Below, in pieces: positions 38,555 to 49,985 of a stretch of 64,000 nt of DNA. Source of the stretch: Pelomyxa schiedti (Eukaryota; Protista; Evosea); NCBI GenBank assembly GCA_020536535.1, contig JAHLWZ010000163.1, positions 1 to 64,000 on the forward strand. Reading direction: 5' to 3'. Within the stretch, counting starts at the first letter, position 1. Every line of letters begins with the position of its first letter. Under the pieces are notes generated by a model. That model did no database searches. It was not told the origin of the DNA and was given only the letters and a program-made list of their open reading frames with translations. The position numbers and the translations under genes were made by a program.

Positions 38555-39872
38555 TTACAAGAAATCGATCTTTGAGGTTTGGGAACTGTTTGTCAAGCTG
38601 CCATTTCTCTGCAAAGTTGTACACAGCTTCTCAAACAGTTCTCGTATGCCAGTACCCGTTTTGGCACTGCATTCAGAATAGAACACTCCAACTGGACCAG
38701 AGCCCCCTGAGCCTGTGCAGTGTGAGAAATCATTTTTGTGGCTAAAAGGGGTGTTGCAACCAGAGGAGCCATCTTCAGTTTTTCTGACAAATTCTTCTGC
38801 TTGTTCGCGGGTAATAACGCGCTCACACTCCAAGTCCGTCTTATTTCCCACAATTGCGATGGTGATGCTTGGTGAGGCTCTCAGTCGCAACTCATCGACC
38901 CACCTCTTCATTGCCTCAAATGATTCCTTTTTGGTGATATCTGTATAAGGGGAAAAGAAAACCAGAAGTAAAATAGCAGTAGGCTAAGTGAACACTCTTA
39001 CCAAATACAATTAAGGCCGCAGCAGAGCCTGGAGAAAATGGTCAAATGGTATGGAGTAAATGTAGAGAAAGTACCTCGGTAGTACATTGGGGCTAAGGCA
39101 CGGTACCTGGAGCTACTTTAACATACTTTTTTTATCTGATACAAAAAAAACCTTTCTTGACCAGCAGTATCCTTTCGTTTGTGTAAAGAGAAAAGTTAAA
39201 TAGAGATGCAATTTGACAGGGGGAATACCCATATTTCTAGCCTGAATGACTGGTCTGAAACCCTTATCTTGTGCAATAAAAAGGCGGCACTGGTGATGAA
39301 ATGGTTTTAATTTCAAACATTCCTAAAAAGGGAACAAACCCGATTGTTGGTTCTGGTCTATCTAAGAACTGGTTAAATGTCTCAATGAAAGGTACAGAAA
39401 TGTTGTGAAGAAAAAAATGGAATGGCTAAAACCTAAGAAGGTATTTTTGACAAGTCGTTGAGCTATACAAGTCTTGCCTGAAGAACAAAAATGAATAAAC
39501 AATAAACACAAGGGGTGAGGGAGGAGAGAGCCCAAAACTAAATAAATCACTACTAATAAAGCTAAAGCTCTTTGCCCCGCCATTTTCGGTGTTTTCCCAA
39601 ACCAATGTTAGGAGAAAACAAAACAACTAACCAGCGCTCATTTCACCCAGCAAAACAATCTTGGCGCCGAGCTCCCCAGGGGGCCCGCCACCAGAAGGCG
39701 ACCCAGAGCCGGCAGAAGACGCCGAAGCCGAGGCAGAGGAAGACGACGTGGTGGTAGAGGATCCCGACGACGAGTCGGCGTAACGAATGCCGCTGCTGGA
39801 ACCACCACCGCCGCCATTTCCGCCTCCTGGCGTACTTTCTCCGTTTGATTGTTTTCCCCCACCGCAACCCAT
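38555..39872 (-). CDS. Rab5-family GTPase, N-acylated type lacking C-terminal Cys
   Basis: MGCGGG start; [49 protein letters not shown]; ends KIDFL. Confidence 0.9.
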
Positions 39873-40294
39873 CTCCTTTGTGTGCCTGTGTCTATAAGTG
39901 ACGTAGATTGTCGCAATACCGCACGTGACGGCTGCTGGGGAAGGAAAAAAAAGGATTAAAGGCGAAAAAAAGCAGTTCTTCTGCTGATCAGATGAGCGTG
40001 GAATTCGTTTTTTTTTGTAACGGCGATTGCACAGTTTCAAAGATCTACCGATCTATCACCCACAGACTAACTAGTGGGTTCAGTGGAGTGGGTGTCTTGT
40101 CTGCCCCAGAGTAAGTGGGATTGATGATATTGATGTTGTTAGAAGAACCAATCTTTCGAAAAATCCGCAGAAGAAGGGGAGAGGACAAAAATTCAACTGT
40201 GCCTTCTCGTCATTGTTCTTTTTTTTCTCCCTTCGTTAGCCAAATAAAAAAAAAGCCAAAAAACAAATCAAGGCCGGGAAACGATCGAGGAGAC

Positions 40295-42112
40295 ATGGCT
40301 CACATTGCTGAAGTTTTGTGGGTACGTTACTTCCCTGCGTCGTGTTTCGTGTTTTTCGGATCTCGTTATTCATTTATAACAAACAAATCACCAACGTCGA
40401 TTGTGTAGGATGGGTTCGACAAGACCATGGCGAAGGTGGATATCAACATCCGCACGATGAAGGAGTACTACGAATTCTTCAACAAGAGGTCTGGTATTGA
40501 GCGCGACTATGGTAGGCACTTAATGGATTTGTGCAAGATGCACCCTGGTGGCAAAACTCCGGCTGTGGACAAAATGGAGAAGTGAGTGCAAGTGTTTCCG
40601 AGGAACGGGCAATAACGCAATTCTTCATGTAGGACAATGAAGGGTGCCCTTGTCACAGTATCCGACAGTGGGCAGAGAGTGGCACTTAAACATACAGATG
40701 TCTCCACCAAAATTACCAACGAAATTGTCAAGCCCATCGAAGCTGCTGTGAAGCAAAGTGATCTTGATAAAAAGAGGGTTTGAATGGCAAGATATCATAC
40801 TTTTTCCCAACTAGTATCCTAGATTCTCGCCGACGGAACAAGAAGGATTAAAATCTACATGGATAGCGTTAATGCAGCTAACAAGGTATTCGGCTGTTTT
40901 TTTGTTGTTCCCTCCTAATCCTGAAATGTAAGGCCCACGAAAATTATATCAAAGCCTGCAAGGAATCAGAGGTTGCCAAGGATCAATATTTACGTGCTGA
41001 AGCCGAGGTCAAGGCTGCACCCGAACCCAAGAAGACAAAACTCCAGCAGAACATGCCTAAGGTTTCACAATTTCCCTTGACGCACAGTAACCACTAGTAG
41101 TTTCAAACAAAACGTTCGCAATGCATCGAAAAAGCCAACCAAATGGAGGCTGCCTACAAGGTTTTCCATTATTATCTAATGGAAGATTAATTGACATTTG
41201 TTTTGTAGGCTAGTGTGACTGCTACCAATGAGGCTCAACAGAAGTTGTATTCTCAGGAAATGCCCGTAGTTCTTGCCGATCTCGAAAAAGTTATCGAAAC
41301 CCAGTTTACATGCATGTCTCAGTGTGCCAAGAACTTCTTGAACATGCAAAGGGTAAGTTCACTTCCCAGCTCACTTTAAACTCACAAACCCCACCCAGGA
41401 CTTCCCTCCTGAGCATACTGCCGCTATTGATACCATCAATACTGCAGTAAACGACCTCAGCTGGGCAAATGATTTACAGGAGTTTATTGATGCCACACGC
41501 AACCCTACCGCTACTGGCCCAACACCAATGGAGTTCATAGCATTCGAAGGAAAAACTTCAGGTTGTCAGAACAAACTTGGTTGATCCCTCTCACTTCTCC
41601 CCCCAGATGCTCTTCCTGGAGAGTCTGCAAGTGCTACCCCCGCAACAACCACTGCGGCCCCTACAGTGTCTACTACCACGACTCCCACAGTAACTCCAAC
41701 GCCAGCAACTACCGCTACCCCCACCGCCACCGCTACACCCACACCAGAAACCACAGAAGCCAAGCCAGCTGTGGACGCCTCTGTTGGATCCTCGTCTGGT
41801 ACACCCTCTGGCTCCGCAACCACAACCACAGGTACCCCCGCTGAAACAACAACTCCTGCCACAACCACCCCAACTCCCACAGCGGCAGTTACTCCAACAC
41901 CGGCTCCTAAAGGTGACTTTCCCCCGTTTTGTATCCCTGTCTTCTCACCTTTTCTTACAGCCGATCCCAACCTGTTTGATGCCAGTGGTGGTGTGTTCCC
42001 TTTCACCACTTTTCCCCACCTTCACAGACTAACTTCTCATTCTTCAGACCTTTTTGGTGACCTTGGCACAAAGAAGCCAGTTGACGATCCCGCCGATTCC
42101 TTGTTCAGCTAA
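40295..42112 (+). CDS. F-BAR (FCH) domain protein with Thr/Pro-rich tail
   Basis: LWDGFD..FFNK..IERDYGRHL; coiled-coil body; W..DLQEFI; acidic DLF/LF C-terminus. Confidence 0.8.
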
Positions 42113-42209
42113 AACTCCGCCTCCGTTTGCCCTCCTCTCTGTTGTTTTTGGTTGGGATTGAAGAATTTTTGTTCCTGCAAAAGCCCACATGACACTTCGT
42201 CTTCCTTTA

Positions 42210-43238
42210 TCAGGTGCTTTGTAGCGCCAATGTGAATCTTCCGCCGTCGTCTTCTTGCAATAGGGCGTATTGGTGTGTTGTGGTGGGTGTACCTGAAAGA
42301 GCCGTAAAAGTCCCCTATGTGTTGTGTTTAGAATTTCACTTTCGGTGAGGACTTACTATGGAGACAGAGCTTGTGGCAGGCCGTAGGTCAGTGGGTTGAT
42401 GGACGTGGGCACATACCATCAGGTCGTGTGGTGTGAGTTCATTTATGGCTCGGAGTCCTTGAATGAATGGTGTCACTTGTTCCTTGGCAATCCATAGGCC
42501 ATTGCCACCTTGTATTTTGGGGGAAGGAGGTAATGAGTAGGGTTGAATTGGATTTGAGCAACGAGATTGAGAATACCATCGTGGGTGAGATAGGCTTTGG
42601 AACCGTTGGTGGAAGTCAGGCACAATAGTTCTTTTGGTGAGTACTGCAAGTTTGGAATTGTGCTCAATGAGGACCGGTAGAGCTGGAACGCGAACCTGTC
42701 ATGGTTTCCTGTTGGGAAAAAGGTGTAAGTAGTGACAATTGGTGTTGAACAAGGTTTATTGCAGCATACCTCCAATAATATAAACACTGTTACAAGCAGT
42801 GCAGAGACTATTAACCGTGGAGAGGAAAAATTCCTTATTTTGTACATTGCGGGCCATTGGGCCACTCATTTGATGAAACACATCACCAAGAACAATTAGT
42901 TGGTCAGTTCTCGTGGTAGCCACAACTTTCTGCAAATCCTCCAGTGCCTTATTTATGGTTATGAATGCTTTGGCTTTGTGTGTTTAGGTTCCATGGCTTC
43001 ACAACTAAGAAGCAAAAATAAGACAAAAAATTGAAAAACTTGTTTTTGAGCGTCCACTGTAAAATAGCTGTCCCCAGTGCACGTAAGGTGCAAATCACCA
43101 ACCAAAATAGCATTCCACTTGCTTACCCACGCGCCGTTACTACGCCAAAAATGGCTACGTAGACACAAACCCACTTGTGGGAGCAGGCAAGGCGCCCAGC
43201 ACCCCGCGTCTTAGCTCAAAACCTCCACTGTCAGCCAT
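42210..43238 (-). CDS. Calcineurin-like metallophosphoesterase (PdeM/ICC-like)
   Basis: Spliced motifs LVGDLH, LIVLGDVFH, GGNHD, LTHDG, CAHVHQP. Confidence 0.8.
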
Positions 43239-43509
43239 TCGAAAAAAAAATCAAAATGACGGTTAGAAAGTCCTTCCGTGATACTCTTTTTCCGATACGG
43301 GCTGTAGCACGCCCACAATTGTACGCAATCGGCTTAACACAAAAAAACCTTGGCGCCAGTCTGTCACCAATGTTGCACCAAGTCTGGTGCCATAAAATAC
43401 ACGAAAAGATGTCATGCCCGTCTTACAAAGGAAAGGCCTTCCCTGTTTGGCTACGTGAATCCATTCACGCGCTCATCCATTTCTATTTTATCGATGCATT
43501 TGGGTGAGC

Positions 43510-45213
43510 TTATAGATGAATGGTGTATATCCTCATTGTGTTGTCGAGGGTGATTTGGAGAACTTCTCTCTGTGAAGTGCCTTTGAGCCGTGCCACTTCT
43601 GATGCAATGACTGGAATATCTGTGCAAATTGAATTGTTTCTCAAGTCAAGATTGGTGGGAACTCTTACGGCCAGGGTGACCAGTTTGTCCTTTGAAGGGC
43701 ACTGGGGCCATGTATGGCCCACATGTGTCAAGAACAATGTGACCAAGGGGCAACATTTTTACAGTTTCTTGCATTCTGTCAGAGTAATTGGGAATATTGA
43801 AGGTCATTGCCCCGCTGATCCCAAAAGCAACATTTGGGAATCTATTTATTTGTTGTTTGAGGTAAGTCGATTGTGTACGGCACATATGGTACAACCTCCG
43901 CATTATTTGTGAGGCAAATTCTGGCCCACCTGTGAAACAGTGCATGTGGATTGGGTGGCTTGAAGGCAGCACTTCTGTCATCAGTCGGAGAGTGTCGTCA
44001 TCAGCATCTCTGGGGATAAGGATAACTATTTTTCTCTGAAAGGGGCATTGAAGACTCACCGGGTGTGCACAACAAGAGTTTTTTGGAACTCTATGGCTCT
44101 TTTCATTTGCCTGAAGGAGAGGTGAGTCGAAAACATGAATGTGGAAAAGAACCTTGGGAACACTTCTTGTTGAATTTCATGTGAGACAAAATTCTAATAA
44201 AAATTATATGTTGCAAGAAACTCGGTAATAATATCTCACTACCTTGAAGTAATCCAGACCACATTCACCCCACCCAACTGTTCGTGGGTGGGACATGCGC
44301 TCAATGATCTTGTTCTCATATTCTCCAGTGAATTGATTGGCAAAATGCGGGTGCACTCTGCAACCAGTCACTGTATGTGCGCTTAAACACAGACATACCC
44401 ATATGCCGAGTAAATCCAGTCACAAGTATTTTGCAATTCAATGTATTGGTCAAGGTCCTCCGGCCCGACACATATGCTCACAGCGAATCTTATTGTGGGG
44501 AACAACAACTCTCTTGCAGTACTCAAGTCCAAGATTGGAGTTGCCTTTGGAGAACTTGCAGAGGTAGTTGAAGTTGTTACACTTGAAGCAGGTGCGGTCA
44601 CAGATTTTCGCAGTTCATTTTTGGCCAGTCTATGCAAGACGAGACTTAAATGAACACCAGAATCGCAATAAGGTTGGTCACCAGGTTCCTCCACTGCAGT
44701 TGCTGCTTTTCCCGTTCCCTCACAGCTTCCAGAGGTGCTTGTGTGCTCTGGACCTCTGTGTGAGGTTGCAGAAGGTGCTTTGGTTTTTGCACCCCTTCCA
44801 GAACTGTGAATGGGGTTGTTTTTGTTGTTTGTTGTTACTTACAAAGTAAATTTTTAAAAGTACAAACATACGCCGCTGAACCACGAGGACGTGATAGCTG
44901 AACAGCAATCTTACGTTCGTCAATAATGCAATTGTTCTTTTCTTCTACAGCGCGAATAGCACTTTCCTCAGTCTCAAACTCCATAAATGCGTACCCGCTA
45001 AGCACGTCAATAGAAACGCTATACCCGCGCGTGAGAAATATACAATTAAAAAGCGGGAAGGGAGCAGACGGAAACATACATTGTCCCATAAGCACCAAAC
45101 ACAGCCTTTAATCCTGCCTCACCCAACGAGTAAGGTATGTTGCCTACAAATATCTACACTGTATTTCTTAGTTTCGTTGTAACGATCGACACCCAATCGT
45201 AAACCTTGGCCAT
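43510..45213 (-). CDS. RRM-TatD (TATDN2-like) fusion protein
   Basis: RNP2 IFVGNI, RNP1 GYAFMEF; TatD motifs DSGVHL, GVHPHFA, GECGLDY, VHTRDADDD, HMHCFTG, LDTCGPYMAP, GHPG, TLDNTMRIY. Confidence 0.85.
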
Positions 45214-45306
45214 TGCCGTTTGAAATTATGTGATGATTCTTGGAATCCCAAGATTCAATGATTGCAAAACTGTCTGTTCTTTTCATTCTGTTCCAATAAC
45301 ATTCTG

Positions 45307-46507
45307 ATGGTGTATATCCTCATGGTGTTGGCAAGAGTGATCTGGAGAACTTCTCTATGTGAAATGCCTTTGAGCCGTGCCACTTCTGATGCAATGACTG
45401 TGCAAATTGAATTGGGTTGTGTTGAAGTCAAGATTGGTGGGAACTCTTACTAGGCACACATGTGTCAAGCACAATGTGATCCAGTGGCAACACCTGTATG
45501 GTTTCTGGAACTGTGTCAGAGCATTGGTAGGTTATTACTCCAGTGAGCCCAAAAACAATATTTGGGAATCTATTTGTTTGTTGTTGGGGGTAAATTAGAC
45601 TATGTATGGGACATATGGAAACCTTCACATGAGTTGTGAGGCAAATTCTGGTCCACCTGTGTAACCGGGTGGCTTGGGTGACTTGAAGGCAGAACTTCCG
45701 TCATCAGTCGGAGAGAGTCGTCGTCAGCATCTCTGTGGATAAGGATAAGGATAACTATTTTTCTCTGGAAGGGGCATTGAACAATAAATTACCGGGTGTG
45801 CACGACCAGAGTTTTTTGGAATTCTATGGCTCTTTTCATTTGCCTGAAGGAGAGGTGATTTAAAAAGAACCTTCGAAACACTTCTTGTTTAATGTAATGT
45901 GAGACAAAATTCTGAAATTATGTGAAGCTCGGTAATGTATTATAACCCTGAAAGAAGCCATACCACATTCACCCCACCCAACTGGTCGTGGGTGGGACAT
46001 GGTGCACTCTGCAGCACAGTGATTACATGCTGTGGAGCAGACACATACCCATATGCCGAGTGAACCCAGTCACTAGTATTTTGCATTGCAATGTTTTGGC
46101 CAAAATCCTCCCGGCCGACATGGATGTTCACAGCGAACCTCATTGTGGGGAACAACAACTCTCTTGTGGTCCGCAAGTCCAAGGCAAGGAGAGATGTTAC
46201 CTTTGGAGAACTGGCAGAGGCAGTTTGAAGTTGTGACACTTGGATGCAATTCGGGAATCCATGCAACAGGCTGTCGCAGTTCATTTTTGACCAGTCTGTG
46301 CATGCGCAATACAAGACCTAAATGAACACCAGCATCACAATAAGGTCGGTCACCAGGTTCCTCCACTGCAGTTGCTGCTTTTCCTGTTCCCTCAAACATC
46401 AACGCTGCCTGGGGGACACGCACATTGTACCATAAGCACAAACACAGCCTTGATTCCTGCCTCACGCAGAGTACCTAATCTTGCCTACAAATATCTACAC
46501 TGTATTT
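45307..46507 (-). pseudogene. Degenerate tandem duplicate of the RRM-TatD gene
   Basis: Colinear with 43519-45165 including introns. Lacks exon 1/ATG, most of the RRM is deleted, HPHFA and HMHCF segments are lost, and frameshifts are present. Confidence 0.85.
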
Positions 46508-46779
46508 TTGAGCACTACGCGGCAGCGATCAGCCGTAGCTGGCTCATAACTGGGTCCAAATGAAGCCCTCCACACCAGTTCACAGTTGCCGTCGGTACTC
46601 CTGACTGGGGTGCACCTTTTGGATTCCCTTGGTAACTTTGCACCATGAAACCTGAGAGACATCATGTGCACTTTCACGGAATGATGAGCGCACCCTTCTT
46701 GTTACTGCATGCCAGAGCCTCATAGTCAAAAGCGGTTACTTTGTTGGGGGCGCCCAAAACAAAACAAAGAAACCACCAA

Positions 46780-49692
46780 ATGACGACCCCTAATGATGCC
46801 GATCTTAGTGACCACGAAGACGACAACAGTGTGGCAGACGGCGACGGCTACGGCGAAGCAGCAGAAGGTGCCGACGACGACGAACCAAACGCCGACGACG
46901 ACGAACCAAACGCCGCCGCCGATGACGACGAGGAAGAGGCTGAGCTCATAGAGGGTCTCGCCGAGACGAGGGACATGAGGAGGATTGTGGGAAAGAGCCT
47001 CGGCAGGCTGAGGGAGGTCTCCGAGATGCTCGAGGTGCGCAAGGAGAAGATGTTGCTCAAGAAGGTGAGTCCCGCAGCAGAGGCTGAGCGAGTGGCCCTG
47101 TTGGTGTCTGCCAACAAGTCCATAGCCGCAATCCTGGAGGATGCCGAGACAGTTGGCTCAAGATTCACCAACGCGACACCGGAACCGCCAAGTGATGAAC
47201 AGATCGAGGAAACCAAATGTGAAACGCAGAGCTTTGCTGAGGAGTTGAAGAAGACACAGAGGACGCTGCACCGAGCAGTTTATGTATTGCAGACGCGCTC
47301 TGATATGATATTTGATCAGCTGGCAAAAATGCAGGCCGAGGTGGAGCCTCAAGTTCGCGCTATGCTGCGTACTCCAATTAGTGATCACAGTCGCATCTGC
47401 AATACCGTTCATCAGTTCTGGAGGTACATGAGGGCACTTGGTCATAGCGCTGAGGAAATATTCACAGTGTTTCACGAGAACAAGGAGATTGTGGGAGTCG
47501 GTGTGACTGAAAACATGAGCGCCAGTCACAGGGATTTCTATGACCTTTTAGCTTGCGAGTGTGTGAACCTGATCACTGAGTTCACCTCAGAGTTTACTCC
47601 ACTCAACGACTTGGTTCCTATTGGTGTGCGGCCGTTCTTTGGCCGATTGTTTGAGATCGGCACCAGAGAATACAGCAGCACTGATGAGTTTGGCTTGTCT
47701 GCTTTTGCTGCAGCAATGGGAGTTTTGAAGAAGTTGATGTGGGTTCCAAACTGCAGGCACTTGTTCGTTCCATTTGCCAGCCAATTGAAAGTTCTGATCA
47801 TGAAGGCACCACCAGGTTATACTCAGGGAGAACTGCTCACATGCTGTGTAAACCTGGGCCCGCTGTTGCCACAGCTTGTTCAGGGGCTCTGTGATACATT
47901 TGCGTCGACGATTGCTGAAGGTGGGAACTCAGAGCCTCCGTTTAATTGGGTGAGTGGGTGGGATGTGTTGCTTCATTCTTCAAAGGATGTTGTGGAATTC
48001 CTCCAACAGAACAATTTCACAGCTCGGCTCATCGCAATCTTTCTCCGATTTTGTGAAAGCTTTGGATTGCAGGACACTGGGAATCTCGATTGGCTCATTC
48101 TCATTGTTATTTGCAGGGTTACAATGCTGTGTTCTGTTGATCCACCAAGTGGACACAAAGCCATTGTCCGATTCGTGGAGGATCACATTGGAAGTGACAA
48201 GCTGCTTCTCAAGGCCGTTTCTGTGTTGGTTATCATCCCAGTGATTGTTACTGGAGGCACCATTGACGAAAAACTATTGATGAAGGTAATTACGGTTGCC
48301 TCTGCTGATGACTCCCCAGAAGTTCTCGAGATTCTTTTCAGTGCCAAGCAATTGTTTGAACAGTTGAGTTCCAAATCAATCGAATTTTTATTTGAGAAGT
48401 CATTGGAAACAAAGGCAAACACAATCAAACATGCTGGATTGTTATTTCACATGTTGAAGTTCTGTGCTGGTCGAATCAAAGGCCTCCCTCTCTTTTCAGA
48501 AGCCGCCATGCGATTCGCCCAATACTATCAAGAAAGACAAAAGAGAGCAGCAGGAAATCAATTGCAGGAAAGGGGAGATGTAGACCTACAGGTGCTTAAT
48601 ATTTTGTCTGCAGACCTCCATTCTGCTGGGTGGCACCGCTCACACTTTAATATGGGAATGCCCTCCCATTTCGTCGATCTTTCTGCATGTTTCACTTCCA
48701 GTTTTATAGTTCTGCTGGCATCTGAACACCCTGGTACAAGCATACACACCCTGAGTTCTGGCATTTTCACGTCATTGTTCTCTGTAATGCATATGTGCTG
48801 TCTGGAATCACCGTCAAAGCTTAGTATCATTGAGGAGAATGAAGATGCTGTGGCATCTCTCTGGATGTGCGCCCCTGATAGAAGGGTACATATGCAAGAA
48901 ATACTTGGGAAACCGGTTGAACAACTAGTCAAGTTTTTGCCCCTGCTGAAAGGGCTGTTGATGGGAGAAATCCAGCCCATAGCCCCATTGGAGCCAAGAA
49001 TATTGCCTCGTACACTTTGCCACTATCAGCATACCAGTGCGTGCAATCAGGAGAAAATCCAAGAGGTGCTACAGTGCCCAACGGTAACAGAGTGCTATGA
49101 GACAGTATTGCATTTACAGACTCTGGCTTACATGGAATCTGATGACAACAAAATATGCCGACTAATGAGACTGTGGCCAGGACAATTTGACACCTCTGTG
49201 TTGGAAGGGGCAGTGAACATCGGTGCTTACGGAAGGGTTTGTAAGCTTCTCCCGTTGTGCGAGCCAGGACACATTCCATCTTGCCTCATTGTTTCCGCTG
49301 TACAACGTGGTCACCGTGACATCGCGGAGTTGCTGCTGTGCCATGGTGTGTTCATTCCTGAATCCGCACTGAATGGGGCTGACACAGTGAGAATCCAAGG
49401 GGAACCAGTTGATGCACGGCACCCGAGTGTGCAGAAGTTCTTCAACAGCACACCGATGTGGGACCCACTCAGACACCAACTGTTCCCATGGTGGTTCAAG
49501 GTACACATCCTCAGGACCGTCCTCCTCTGCTGGCTCCACGACGCCAATGTTCAATTGTTCTCAATTCCTGTGATTCTTGACCAGAAGCAACCACCGCACC
49601 GAGACAGTTACACTCCATCATCAATTGGGATGCTGTCATGGTGCACCATCCACCTCATTCTTTCATTCCTGTCCCCTGTTCACTGGTTCTGA
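46780..49692 (+). CDS. Intronless ~970-aa protein: acidic N-terminus, coiled coil, helical body, ankyrin-like repeats near C-terminus
   Basis: Uninterrupted 2.9-kb ORF (ATG 46780); LIVSAVQRGHRDIAELLLCHG; WDPLRHQLFP tail. Confidence 0.8.
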   Translation: MTTPNDADLSDHEDDNSVADGDGYGEAAEGADDDEPNADDDEPNAAADDDEEEAELIEGLAETRDMRRIVGKSLGRLREVSEMLEVRKEKMLLKKVSPAAEAERVALLVSANKSIAAILEDAETVGSRFTNATPEPPSDEQIEETKCETQSFAEELKKTQRTLHRAVYVLQTRSDMIFDQLAKMQAEVEPQVRAMLRTPISDHSRICNTVHQFWRYMRALGHSAEEIFTVFHENKEIVGVGVTENMSASHRDFYDLLACECVNLITEFTSEFTPLNDLVPIGVRPFFGRLFEIGTREYSSTDEFGLSAFAAAMGVLKKLMWVPNCRHLFVPFASQLKVLIMKAPPGYTQGELLTCCVNLGPLLPQLVQGLCDTFASTIAEGGNSEPPFNWVSGWDVLLHSSKDVVEFLQQNNFTARLIAIFLRFCESFGLQDTGNLDWLILIVICRVTMLCSVDPPSGHKAIVRFVEDHIGSDKLLLKAVSVLVIIPVIVTGGTIDEKLLMKVITVASADDSPEVLEILFSAKQLFEQLSSKSIEFLFEKSLETKANTIKHAGLLFHMLKFCAGRIKGLPLFSEAAMRFAQYYQERQKRAAGNQLQERGDVDLQVLNILSADLHSAGWHRSHFNMGMPSHFVDLSACFTSSFIVLLASEHPGTSIHTLSSGIFTSLFSVMHMCCLESPSKLSIIEENEDAVASLWMCAPDRRVHMQEILGKPVEQLVKFLPLLKGLLMGEIQPIAPLEPRILPRTLCHYQHTSACNQEKIQEVLQCPTVTECYETVLHLQTLAYMESDDNKICRLMRLWPGQFDTSVLEGAVNIGAYGRVCKLLPLCEPGHIPSCLIVSAVQRGHRDIAELLLCHGVFIPESALNGADTVRIQGEPVDARHPSVQKFFNSTPMWDPLRHQLFPWWFKVHILRTVLLCWLHDANVQLFSIPVILDQKQPPHRDSYTPSSIGMLSWCTIHLILSFLSPVHWF

Positions 49693-49985
49693 AAACTATT
49701 CACTTGACTGACTGAACTCCACAAAAACACTTGACAGACTCCCAACACCATAAACTCCATAAGCTTCTCTGTTTCCAATCAGTTCCTGGAATTCGGAACA
49801 TCCCGAAGAAAAAAAAAACTGTGCTTGTTTGTTTTATTGGTTCCAGTTTGTTTGCCTTTGGAGATATTACACAAATGTATATCAACTGTGATGGGTAGTA
49901 GTATCCTAAGACATATCTGATAGGTGTCCAATCTCATCTGACACAAACAGATTCCCAGACACAGACAGACGCCAAAATGACTCTC

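Noticed and set aside
39167-39175. GTATCCTTT, a U12-type donor lookalike
   Set aside because: Lies antisense to the Rab5 gene, across an ordinary acceptor-exon junction
44640-44670. Loss of the first His of the TatD HxH motif (DSGVHL) as evidence of inactivity
   Set aside because: Active TatD members such as E. coli TatD (DIGVNL) also lack it; only the ETD change is informative
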